A stretch of DNA of 60,999 bases, filler included, from an uncultured bacterium (GTDB lineage Bacteria > UBA8481), in the NCBI GenBank assembly GCA_964499705.1. It is 4 parts of 4 records of this genome, joined end to end, with 100 filler letters (N's around TTAATTAATTAA, not from the genome) between each part and the next. Parts side by side here need not be neighbours in the genome. Positions count along the whole stretch, not along the records: positions 48,859 to 60,999 come from CAZCME010000040.1; 3 more parts are not named here. One strand, written 5' to 3'. Shown here piece by piece: positions 52,483 to 60,999 of this stretch (the first letter of the stretch is position 1; each line of letters starts with the position of its first letter). A program made the position numbers and the translations under genes. A model generated the notes under the pieces. The model made no database searches. It had not been told where the DNA came from and saw nothing but the letters and a program-made list of their open reading frames with translations.

Positions 52483-53382
52483 TCATCCTTCGCTTTTCTC
52501 GCCGGCACGGGCATGCGCGAACGCTCGATAGCGGGTCACGGGGAGATAGCCTCTTCCTTCCAGGCCCAGCGCCCGCATCAGAGGAGTCTCATGCAGCAGG
52601 TGCTTGATCGCTCCGACGGCTCTCGACTTCAACGTCCGCTTCGGCTTGTCCCGGAGAATCGTCACGGTCTTGAATCCCGACGCCATGCACAATCCTTCGA
52701 TCGCTTTCGCGTTTGGCGCCCACCAGTTCGACTCGTCATTATTGAGCTCACTGCCGGGAAAAAACTCGCAACAAGCCCTGTTCTCCAGACCGGGAATATC
52801 CACGGCCAGAGTTTCGATCACGGCCAGCCCATGAGGCGCCGTCACGGCTGCCAGACGGCGCATCGCTTCGAGCGGATTCTCCATGTGATAGAGCACTCCC
52901 AGGAACAAGACGACATCGAATTGACCAAGCGGGACCAGATCCATCGTCATGAAGTCACCCACGATCGGTGTGACGTGGCTGCCCAACGCGAGCCTTGCGG
53001 AATCGAATGGGCCGCGCCCCGGAAGTTCCTCCGGTTTCCAATGTCGGGACTTGTGAGGAGCGGGCAGGAAGCGACCGGATAAATGCGTCGCGTTCCATTC
53101 CTTCATATATTCCGCCATATCCACCGACCATACGTAGTGGTCAAGCGCGGTGACGCGCGCTGCGCCAGCGCGCTCCGCGGCAAATGAAAAATACCCATCG
53201 TAAGCACCGATATCGAGAACCGCTTTTCCGCGCAGATCCGGAAGTCGCAATGCGCGCCATTCCTCCTCCAGATTTTGCGCGGTTTTCCGGCCGGGTGTCA
53301 CAATGCCGGGTGAGAGTTCAATGGAGTGAAACCAGCAGGGGTGATTCAGGGCAGCGTGAATCGCTTCATTAGTATCGACCAT
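52483..53382 (-). CDS. Class I SAM methyltransferase (CmoB/DUF1698-like)
   Basis: WFHSIEL, VLDIGAYDG, FDVVLFLGVLYH and NWWAPN. Confidence 0.8.
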   Translation of the reverse strand: MVDTNEAIHAALNHPCWFHSIELSPGIVTPGRKTAQNLEEEWRALRLPDLRGKAVLDIGAYDGYFSFAAERAGAARVTALDHYVWSVDMAEYMKEWNATHLSGRFLPAPHKSRHWKPEELPGRGPFDSARLALGSHVTPIVGDFMTMDLVPLGQFDVVLFLGVLYHMENPLEAMRRLAAVTAPHGLAVIETLAVDIPGLENRACCEFFPGSELNNDESNWWAPNAKAIEGLCMASGFKTVTILRDKPKRTLKSRAVGAIKHLLHETPLMRALGLEGRGYLPVTRYRAFAHARAGEKSEG

Positions 53383-53386
53383 CCGA

Positions 53387-55360
53387 TTATGCTCGTTCCG
53401 CAGGCGCAAGAACTTCTCCCAGCGGCAGGATGACGCGGACGCGGGCGCCCCGCGACAAGTCGCCGCGCGATTCGTCGCCGCGCGGCGAGCCGTTGCCGGG
53501 AGTGTAGTCGGAAGCAACGGCGTTCTCCAGCGCGATCGATCCTCCATGTTCCGCGACGATGCGCTCCGCCAGTGCCAGGCCCACGCCCCAGCCGCCGGTC
53601 TTCGTACTCTCGCCTTCCACGTGTCCACCGGCCAGGCGGGACGCGGACAAGCCCGGCCCCGAATCGGCGATGGTGACGACCACGCATGCGCGTCCCGTCG
53701 GACTCTGATCGCTCGTCACGGCCACGCTGACCTCCACCCACCCCCGCGGTCCCGCGGCCTGGGCCGCGTTCGCGATAAGGTTCGACCAGACGCGTCCCAT
53801 CAATTCCTCATCGGCCTGCAGCGTCGTGGCGAGATCGGGAATATTCATCCTCATCTCCGGACCGCCGGGTTGTGCACCCGCCGACGCGTAGATCGTCGCG
53901 GCATTCCGCAGAGCCTTCGCGAGATCGTACGGCGCCAGACGCGGAGCAGGCAAGCGCGCAAACTGGGAGAACTCATCGACCAGCGACTGGAGGTGTTTCA
54001 GCTCCTCCTCGGTCGCGCCCAGCGCCTCCGCCGCCGTGGCGCGTCCCTCCTCTCCCTTGTCCGCCGCGCGACGGACGGTGCGGAGCGCGAGGCCGATGGG
54101 AGTGATGGCGTTTTTCAGCTCGTGCGCCAGCCGCCGCGCGGCATCTCGCCAAGCCGCGACGCGCTCCGATGTCGCGAGTCGTTCCCGTTCCTCCTTCAAG
54201 GCGCGCGCCGTCCGCGTCAGGGTCTCGCCGAGAATCCCGATCTCGTCGCGGCCGCGCACCGGGATCGGGGTCTCGAGATCACCGCCTCCGATGCCGACCG
54301 CGGCGCGCGTCAACTGCGTCAGGCGGCGAGTCGGGCCAAGAGCCAGGGCGATGCCCGCGCAGGCCGCGCAGAGTATGACGAGGGCGCCGAGCCGGACATT
54401 CTCCGACAGCAGCATCTGCCGCGCCTGCATGCCTTCGGAGGCCGGAACGAGAATCCGCAGTTTCCCCTGGATCTTCCGATCCAGCCCGATCTCCCCTTCC
54501 GCCGTGAAATACATGGCGCCGTCGAGGTCCAATAGCCCGGCTCCCGCGGAGGGGATCTCATGCCCCGTCGAGACGATGCTCCGCGAATCCGTCGCGATCT
54601 CCACGATCGCGCCCGTCAGTTCCGCGAGACGGCCGACCAGCCTGTCGAGCCGGACGCCGCCGGCCAGCATGCCGACGACCGCGGCTCCGGTCTCGTCTCC
54701 GGCGCGGATCGGCACGGCCGCGACGAGAGCGATTCGGCCCGTATCCGGGAACGGTTCCTCGCGGACACCGGTGAAGAGGAGGCCGGACATGACCGTTGCC
54801 AGCGCGGAGTCGGCGCGGCGTTCGCCGAACGATTCGGGATATTGACCGCGCGCCAGCACGACTCCGTCCGCATCCGTCACCTCGAGCGCATCGAGACCGG
54901 TCACGGGGAGAACTTCCTCGATGAAGCGCTGGAGGCCGACGGGATCGAGCGGGCCGAGGCCGACGATATCCGTCGCCGGGAACGTAGCGCCGGTATCGGT
55001 TACACCGGAGGAAACGGACGCGTTCGTATCGGATGCCGGCATCTGTGAATCGGATGCGATCGGCTCATCGGCGACAACCTCGACGGGCTCCACGGGCGCA
55101 GCGGATGAATTTCTCGTCGCCGGCTCCACGCGGAATCTCAACTCGCGGACCCGCGCGAGCGGTTCGAGCCTCTTCACGATACCACCCGCCTCTTCGGCAA
55201 GAACCCGGCGGATGGCCCGCAAATGGAGCGTCGACGTATTCTGGAGAGCCGCTTCCTGCGACGACGCGATGATGACGGCGCTCCGCTGCGTCACGAACGC
55301 GATCGCCGCGGCGACGACGACCGCGAAGGCGAAGGCGAGCCGGATTCCCAGCCGGCTCAT
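53387..55360 (-). CDS. HAMP-containing sensor histidine kinase (NtrY-like)
   Basis: Two TM helices, HAMP, AWRDAARRLAHELKN, EFSQFAR, NLIANA, DSGPG and GVGLA. Confidence 0.92.
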   Translation of the reverse strand: MSRLGIRLAFAFAVVVAAAIAFVTQRSAVIIASSQEAALQNTSTLHLRAIRRVLAEEAGGIVKRLEPLARVRELRFRVEPATRNSSAAPVEPVEVVADEPIASDSQMPASDTNASVSSGVTDTGATFPATDIVGLGPLDPVGLQRFIEEVLPVTGLDALEVTDADGVVLARGQYPESFGERRADSALATVMSGLLFTGVREEPFPDTGRIALVAAVPIRAGDETGAAVVGMLAGGVRLDRLVGRLAELTGAIVEIATDSRSIVSTGHEIPSAGAGLLDLDGAMYFTAEGEIGLDRKIQGKLRILVPASEGMQARQMLLSENVRLGALVILCAACAGIALALGPTRRLTQLTRAAVGIGGGDLETPIPVRGRDEIGILGETLTRTARALKEERERLATSERVAAWRDAARRLAHELKNAITPIGLALRTVRRAADKGEEGRATAAEALGATEEELKHLQSLVDEFSQFARLPAPRLAPYDLAKALRNAATIYASAGAQPGGPEMRMNIPDLATTLQADEELMGRVWSNLIANAAQAAGPRGWVEVSVAVTSDQSPTGRACVVVTIADSGPGLSASRLAGGHVEGESTKTGGWGVGLALAERIVAEHGGSIALENAVASDYTPGNGSPRGDESRGDLSRGARVRVILPLGEVLAPAERA

Positions 55361-56508
55361 GGGCGGGATTCCGCGAAGAGGACGCCCGGCCGCCCGTCGC
55401 GGGGCGGAATGAAATTCTTCACGCGGGGGTGAACCAGCCAGCAGGGCTTGACGTCCAGGAGCGGAACGGCATCCGCGGGAAGTTCGCCCTCCGCATATTC
55501 CCGCATCATCGCGTGGCCGTGATCGGGACCGACGATCTCGCAGGAGAGCCCGGAACGCCGCAGGTCGTAGGCGATGCGCGGCAGGATCCTGCGACTCGAC
55601 GTTCGCCCGATCCGCTCGGCGATACGGATGCTCGACGGAAGGCGTGTTCGCTCCGAAGCGGATAGCGGCCGATACGCCGGCCCGAGAGGATCGGCGCGGC
55701 CGTTCAGGAGCATCCGCGCGATCGTCGCGCGATCGATCGCGCGTCGAAGGAGCAGCAATTGCGCATGGGGCATGCGCCGGGAAACGAAGGCATGAACGCG
55801 CCTGGTCGCGCCATAGACGACACGATCGTGAAACAGTTCATGCGCGCGAAGCCGCGCGATGTCATCGTCTCCGACGGGCGCGATGTCGGCTGTGCCGGCC
55901 TCGACGAGAAAGACGCCGCGGGCGACATCAGGCTCGAAGAGGAGAACGAGCGTCTCGGGCCGGACCGGTATTCGCGAATGCGGATTAGGCACGAGGACGG
56001 CGTGATCCGTCTCCCGACGCAGCACGCGAAACGGCCCCGTCGCCGCGCGGCCCGGCAACAGGATTGCCGCCGGAGGCTGCGCCAGCCGGCGCGCGAACGA
56101 CGGGTCGCGCTGCCGCAGCGTGAAGACGATCGAATCGGAGCTGACCTGGATTTTTTTCACGAGAGCGGCCAGGACCGGCTTCGTCCGCGGCGACTTCAGG
56201 GACGCCATGATATCCGTTTCCGAGAGGGCTTCTCCGTCCGCAAGCCGAGCATCCGGAAGCAGATGAAACGACCAGACATAACCGCGGCCCGAGGTCGTCC
56301 ATGTATCCGCGAGCGAAGCGACAAGCGCGTCGTATTCATCGAAGCGCACAAGACCTGTCGCCGTGAGATCGACCGGGATTTCCCCGTCGCAGACGACCAT
56401 CCGGATCTCGCCGCCGCCGCGCGGAGCCAGCACGATGGATTCTTCGGCGAGTACCGGAGAAGCGGTGAAGAGGAAGAACATGAAGAACAGCAGGCAAGGC
56501 GCGCGCAT
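55357..56508 (-). CDS. Orphan family-5 (peptide/nickel-type) solute-binding protein
   Basis: Signal peptide, SLADTW...W.F.L......DG..L...D and TGPFR. No permease genes nearby. Confidence 0.75.
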   Translation of the reverse strand: MRAPCLLFFMFFLFTASPVLAEESIVLAPRGGGEIRMVVCDGEIPVDLTATGLVRFDEYDALVASLADTWTTSGRGYVWSFHLLPDARLADGEALSETDIMASLKSPRTKPVLAALVKKIQVSSDSIVFTLRQRDPSFARRLAQPPAAILLPGRAATGPFRVLRRETDHAVLVPNPHSRIPVRPETLVLLFEPDVARGVFLVEAGTADIAPVGDDDIARLRAHELFHDRVVYGATRRVHAFVSRRMPHAQLLLLRRAIDRATIARMLLNGRADPLGPAYRPLSASERTRLPSSIRIAERIGRTSSRRILPRIAYDLRRSGLSCEIVGPDHGHAMMREYAEGELPADAVPLLDVKPCWLVHPRVKNFIPPRDGRPGVLFAESRP

Positions 56509-56556
56509 GGCTTGTGATTATGTCCCGCGCTCCGTTCATCGCAAGGTTCATGTTGA

Positions 56557-57657
56557 TCACGCGGCTTTCAGGACGCAGATAACGGTGCAGAGTCCGCGAG
56601 CCCGCAGGGCGGGCCGCTCCGCGCCCGCTTCATCCCTGTAAGTCACCTCGCGGATATCCCAGAGAAAATGCTCCTTCGGAATCCCGATGCTTTCGACGTA
56701 ATCCTGCAGGTCCTCCTGGCGCTCCAGCCAATTCATGCGCGCGGACATGCCCGCAAGTTCAGGGCGATCCCGTTCCTCATCGTAGGCGACAATCCATTCG
56801 ATCGGCACGTCGAAGGAGCGATGAAACGCGTCGCCCTTCCATCGCGGCTGCGTGCGCGCCATGGCTTGTGTCCAGTCGACGGGCGACCCCGGGTAATGCG
56901 ACTCGAACTCGCGCTTAAGCCTGTCCATGGCGATTGTGTCTTCTCCCGGGCAGGACGCCATGCGCGGAGCCGGACGATTCACCGCCTTTCGCGTGAAGAG
57001 ATGCCAGGCGTCGGCCTCGACTTTCCTGCAATCGATGATGCGACCATTCCTCTCCGTCGTCTCGAACGACTGGAACTTGTTCGACGCCCAGACGCGCGGC
57101 ATTCCGGTCCGGCTCCAGAAGACATGCGGAACCTGCGCGATGAGGTTCAGGTCCCGCCCGAGGGCACAACCGAGAATCCTGATCTCCGTCATCTCATCCA
57201 CCACTCCATCCGGCAGGGCCGGAAACAGGCCGGCCTCGACCGCGGACGTGAGCGCGTCCCGCGTGGCGCGCTCGCCGCCTCCGGGCAAGCCTGCGGGGGC
57301 GATGGTCATGCTCATCCCGGTCCAGGGATTGCCGTGCGTCACGATGTTGACGATTCCCCACGGCAGGCCGTTCTTCGGCCGCGACGACGCGAGCCATTCT
57401 CGCACTTCGGTCAGAGATCGCAGCGATGATTCCACGTGTGTCGTGCTCTCCGTGGAGTCGTGCGTGAAATAGTACGCGGCCTTCAGGTAATACTGATTCT
57501 CCGCGCTCCGATCATCTCCCATGATGAACGTGACGCTTTCACGTTCACCCTGCGACACTTTCTCATGCCATGTCCGTGTCCCGTGTGCCCGTTCCGCAAG
57601 AAACCATCCCAGCACGGCGGCCAGCGCCGCCGTGCCCAGTGCGATTCGGATCTTCAT
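56557..57657 (-). CDS. Exported hypothetical protein with caspase/CHAT-like HG...GC motifs
   Basis: N-terminal signal/anchor, VNIVTHG and IRILGC. ATGA overlap with the VIT-vWA gene. Confidence 0.6.
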   Translation of the reverse strand: MKIRIALGTAALAAVLGWFLAERAHGTRTWHEKVSQGERESVTFIMGDDRSAENQYYLKAAYYFTHDSTESTTHVESSLRSLTEVREWLASSRPKNGLPWGIVNIVTHGNPWTGMSMTIAPAGLPGGGERATRDALTSAVEAGLFPALPDGVVDEMTEIRILGCALGRDLNLIAQVPHVFWSRTGMPRVWASNKFQSFETTERNGRIIDCRKVEADAWHLFTRKAVNRPAPRMASCPGEDTIAMDRLKREFESHYPGSPVDWTQAMARTQPRWKGDAFHRSFDVPIEWIVAYDEERDRPELAGMSARMNWLERQEDLQDYVESIGIPKEHFLWDIREVTYRDEAGAERPALRARGLCTVICVLKAA

Positions 57658-59720
57658 GCCGCCCTCCTCACGAAGTTGTAGACCATTGCTATGATGAGCA
57701 CGATGGCGAGAACGACGAGCAGGAAGTATCCCGACTTGAGGCCGGAAAGGATCGATGCACCCGTGGCGCGCACCACGCGTCCCGGTATCTCCAGTTCGAA
57801 TCCGACCGCGGAATTTTCGACGCCCTCCGGAAGAGGCAACGCCTGTTCGACCGTGACAAGTTGTCCCGCGGTATCGCGGCGCACGATACGATCGACCGCG
57901 ACGAAGGACGTGTAGGCGGTCAGGAGATTGTATTTCAATCCCAGCTGCGTCACCTGCGACTTCAGATCCGGGTCCTGTCCGAAAACGTTGTAGTCGTCCA
58001 GCCGAGCGATCTCGTGCCGCGCCCAGAGATACCTGAGCGCGGAATTTCCTCGCGCCGGTCGATGCGCCGCCACGTCGATCACCTCTTCATGACGACCCGA
58101 CCCGGCCAGGCCCGCGACCTTGATCCTGCCCGAAAGCGGACCTCGCCACTTGCCGAAAATCAGGACCGGCCGTTCGGCGAAGACATCCGGAAATGATTTC
58201 GGCGTGACATCATAGACATCGAACTCGCCGAAGTCGGTCGTCAAGCCGGTCAGGACGGGCTGGGAGATGTATTCGCGAAACCGCTCCGACTCGCGCGCCG
58301 CGTCCTCTTCGCGCGTCACGATGAAGGGCTCCCCCTGCCCGGCCCGCGCCATCCCCTCGATCAGGTACCGGTTGACGCTGGTGCCGATGCCGAAGGCGAA
58401 GACGTTGGTGGTATTGAGATTCCCTCCGATCAACTCGAAGGCTTTCTTCTCCATCCCGATGTATCCGTCCGTGACGACGACGACCGTCCTGGAAACGCCC
58501 TCCTTACGAGGAAGCTGATAAGCGCGCTCCAGCGCCGACAACAATTCGGTGCCGCCTCCGGCATTGTGATTATCGAGGAAGTTGACGGCCTTCTCGATCT
58601 CTTCCGGTGTGGCAGAAAGAGAATGCTCCGAGAGAACCGCCGATGCCGATGCGAACAGAAGCACGTTGAACCTGTCCTCCGGGCGGAGATTGACGAGCAG
58701 GTTCCGCATCAGCTTCTTGGAAAGCTCGATCGGAAATCCCGCCATCGAACCGGAGACATCGACGATGAAGATGTATTCGCGAGGCGGAATATCCTTCGGA
58801 GCGACGCGCTTCGGAGGCTGAACCATGAGCAGGAAGAAGTTCTCATCCTTGCCCTCATGAAGAAGCAGGCCGGATCTGACCGCATCGCCGGCGAGCCGGT
58901 AAGTCAGGATGAAATCCTTGTTGCCCTTCTTCTCATCCGAAGGATCGAGCGAGATCGACGCCGAACCGAGCCCCTCGTGGGCGACGCGGATCTTATGCGA
59001 CGACGATCCGATCTCCTGGATCGGCAAGCCCGCTTCCACATGCAGGTCGATCGCGAAGTCATAGGGCGGTTCCTCGCCGGACCTGAGATAAGGGCTCGCG
59101 ATAAATCGATCGTGAGCGCCGGCTGATACGGCGGGCTGATTCGAGTACCGCGGCCCGACGACGGTCGGGTAGACAAATTCATATTTCCCTTCGCTCGTCA
59201 CGAGCGCTTCCGTGTAAGCAAGCTCCACCTTGATTTCGTCGCCCGGCATGATGTTGGCCACGCTCATTGTGAAGACGTTCGGCCGATCCTGCTCCAGAAG
59301 CGACGCCGTCTGCCCCGCGGCGCGCGCGGAGTCGTATTCCACGCGAGCCTCTCCGCGTTCCTTGATGACCGCCGTGATGACTCGCCATCCGATCGTCATC
59401 GTGAGTCCGTTCACGGCGGCGCGCGTCGACGCCGGAAAGACGTAGACCGCCTCGATCGGCTTCGATCCTTCGTTGCGAAACACCTGCGTCACTTTCACGT
59501 CCGCGATGACGCCGGAAATATGAACGTCCGCGCGCGTCGATTTCAGGGGAAGCTGCTCCACGGATGAATCCCCGCTCCTGACCACGAAGTAAGGCGAGAG
59601 CGTCTTATCGGGGCTGGGCTCCCCTTCCGCCGCTGCTCCCGTCGACCACGCCAACAAGGCCCATGCCAGAAACGCCAGGCTGAAACACCACAATGAACTT
59701 CTCACGATCGTCCTCCGCAT
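57654..59720 (-). CDS. VIT + von Willebrand factor A domain protein with a C-terminal membrane anchor
   Basis: VIT (IEAVYVFP...LLEQDRPNVF), MIDAS DVSGSM...GGTE...TDG, FGIG, TAYTSFVAVD, signal peptide and a C-terminal TM helix followed by RR. Confidence 0.92.
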   Translation of the reverse strand: MRRTIVRSSLWCFSLAFLAWALLAWSTGAAAEGEPSPDKTLSPYFVVRSGDSSVEQLPLKSTRADVHISGVIADVKVTQVFRNEGSKPIEAVYVFPASTRAAVNGLTMTIGWRVITAVIKERGEARVEYDSARAAGQTASLLEQDRPNVFTMSVANIMPGDEIKVELAYTEALVTSEGKYEFVYPTVVGPRYSNQPAVSAGAHDRFIASPYLRSGEEPPYDFAIDLHVEAGLPIQEIGSSSHKIRVAHEGLGSASISLDPSDEKKGNKDFILTYRLAGDAVRSGLLLHEGKDENFFLLMVQPPKRVAPKDIPPREYIFIVDVSGSMAGFPIELSKKLMRNLLVNLRPEDRFNVLLFASASAVLSEHSLSATPEEIEKAVNFLDNHNAGGGTELLSALERAYQLPRKEGVSRTVVVVTDGYIGMEKKAFELIGGNLNTTNVFAFGIGTSVNRYLIEGMARAGQGEPFIVTREEDAARESERFREYISQPVLTGLTTDFGEFDVYDVTPKSFPDVFAERPVLIFGKWRGPLSGRIKVAGLAGSGRHEEVIDVAAHRPARGNSALRYLWARHEIARLDDYNVFGQDPDLKSQVTQLGLKYNLLTAYTSFVAVDRIVRRDTAGQLVTVEQALPLPEGVENSAVGFELEIPGRVVRATGASILSGLKSGYFLLVVLAIVLIIAMVYNFVRRAA

Positions 59721-59764
59721 TTTCCGATACACCCGGTTGACCCGGGCGTTCATCCCATGCAAAG

Positions 59765-59780
59765 GCAAGCGGTGTGCCTG
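59765..59780 (-). promoter_or_regulatory. Sigma-54 (-24/-12) promoter of the VIT-vWA operon
   Basis: Minus strand CAGGCACACCGCTTGC = GG-N10-GC, matching the TGGCAC-N5-TTGC consensus at all but one position. Confidence 0.7.
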
Positions 59781-59829
59781 ATGTTTTGAGGACGCAAGTG
59801 CAGAAAATGGAAGAGAGAGAGCAAGAGTT

Positions 59830-59847
59830 TGTGTCCGCACGGACACA
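59830..59847. promoter_or_regulatory. Candidate upstream activator sequence (bEBP site)
   Basis: Palindrome TGTGTCCG-CA-CGGACACA, 50-70 bp upstream of the -24 box. Confidence 0.55.
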
Positions 59848-59876
59848 TCGGTTGACACACATTATTTCAACCAGGT

Positions 59877-60998
59877 TCAGGAAAAACCGAGACAAGTCTC
59901 CAGTTGAGATCGATGCGCCCGCCACGTGAACTTCGCGTGGATTTCGCGGCTTGCAGCCAGTCCTGGCTCCTTGATTTTCTCCGGTTGATCAATCCAGCTC
60001 TCGAGATTTCGCCGAAAAGAGGCCGCGCTGGAGGCTCGATACAGCATCGACGGATCCGTCACGATCTCCCGCACGACGGGCAGATCCGCGGCGATGACGG
60101 GAAGACCCGCGCCCATATACTCCAGGATCTTCAGCGGGCAGCAACCCTGCCTTTCGTTCCGCGCGCCGCGCGCAAGGCACGCGAGTCCGATATGGCTTTT
60201 CCGCACGAGCTCCGCCGTCTCCGCGTGCGAAAGATGACGATGCCATTCGATCCTGCGTTTCAGCCCGAGCTCCGCCGCGACCGCGCGATACGCGCGAAAA
60301 CGATCCGCGCTTCCCGTGGCGATCATGACGACACGGAGATCGGATCGCGACCGCAGATAACGCCGCAAGTGCATCAGCATAAAATCGATCCCCTGCCAGG
60401 GCGCGAGCGTACCGACGTACACCAGCGTGAGGTCCGGGAATTTATCATCCTGGGGAAAGAAGAGCTGATCGTCAAATCCATTCGGGATCACCGAGATTCG
60501 ATCCTCCGGCGCCTTCATGGCGATGAGGCATTTCCGCGTCACTTCGGAGACCGTCACGATTCTCTTCGCGCTTTTCAGCAGTCGTTCCTCCTCGGCGCGG
60601 ATCCGGGCGCGCAGGTCGGGGCGGCGCGACAGGCCCGGGTAGAGCGACGGGAGCTCCACGCTGGTGAGGCCGTTCACCTCGAACGTCAGATCGGGGATTC
60701 TCTCCGCCATGACCTTGCCCTCCCAAATGGAACGGCAGTAACCCCGTTCGAAGGACTCCTCATCGAGGAGCGCGGCGACGGCGTGGCGGAAGGCGAGCGC
60801 GCGGTCGAGATAGTTGCCCGCTCCGAATCCCACGCGGATATGACGAGCTCCCCGGAACGTGGTCAGCTCGATCCCGGGCTTCTCGCCCAGAGTGAAGAGC
60901 GTCACGCGGAAATGCCCGGAGAGAGCATCGATGTCGGCCTCGACATGGCGGGAGACTCCCTTGGCGGAAGGGATCACGTCGAACGTGGCGAAGAGCAG
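59877..60998 (-). CDS. GT4 family glycosyltransferase (5' end beyond the window)
   Basis: FEVNG, VIPNG, YVGTL..WQG and PLKILEYMGAGLPVIA. Frame is open to the window end. Confidence 0.88.
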   Translation of the reverse strand: MLFATFDVIPSAKGVSRHVEADIDALSGHFRVTLFTLGEKPGIELTTFRGARHIRVGFGAGNYLDRALAFRHAVAALLDEESFERGYCRSIWEGKVMAERIPDLTFEVNGLTSVELPSLYPGLSRRPDLRARIRAEEERLLKSAKRIVTVSEVTRKCLIAMKAPEDRISVIPNGFDDQLFFPQDDKFPDLTLVYVGTLAPWQGIDFMLMHLRRYLRSRSDLRVVMIATGSADRFRAYRAVAAELGLKRRIEWHRHLSHAETAELVRKSHIGLACLARGARNERQGCCPLKILEYMGAGLPVIAADLPVVREIVTDPSMLYRASSAASFRRNLESWIDQPEKIKEPGLAASREIHAKFTWRAHRSQLETCLGFS

Positions 60999-60999
60999 T

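Overview
High-GC (roughly 60-65% by eye) bacterial DNA. It is not contiguous: three N-padded TTAATTAATTAA linkers (17344-17443, 33878-33977, 48759-48858) join four contigs, so gene neighbourhoods mean something only within a segment. Segment 1 (1-17343) holds an IS end, a GIY-YIG-like gene, pepF, an orphan sugar-binding protein coupled to a HAMP-GAF-HD-GYP-STAS protein, a palindromic MITE, FecR-domain and porin genes, a ~1920-aa secreted enzyme with two GH13 catalytic domains, and nucleotide-sugar genes. Segment 2 (17444-33877) holds a large DUF1598-like/TPR protein, a lipid kinase, a second MITE, a beta-oxidation operon, an AEC transporter, a PPOX protein, dodecin, a Ubl-MoeB-rhodanese/JAMM/CysM sulfur-relay operon and thiC. 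Segment 3 (33978-48758) holds a lower-GC patch with a divergent aroD, glnE, a feo cluster and the rplU-prp-rpmA-obgE-proB-proA-nadD/yqeK-LCP-rsfS block. Segment 4 (48859-60999) holds a GT-C glycosyltransferase and the best candidate for an undescribed system: an apparently self-activated sigma-54 operon encoding a membrane-anchored VIT-vWA protein, a secreted caspase-fold-like protein, an orphan solute-binding protein, a sensor kinase and a bEBP. Other highlights are a degenerate MITE whose ends appear to form back-to-back promoters, a candidate -1 frameshift fusing two FeoA domains, an intact Prp protease beside an L27 with no cleavable extension, and widespread leaderless-type starts. All calls come from motif recognition by eye; no searches were run.
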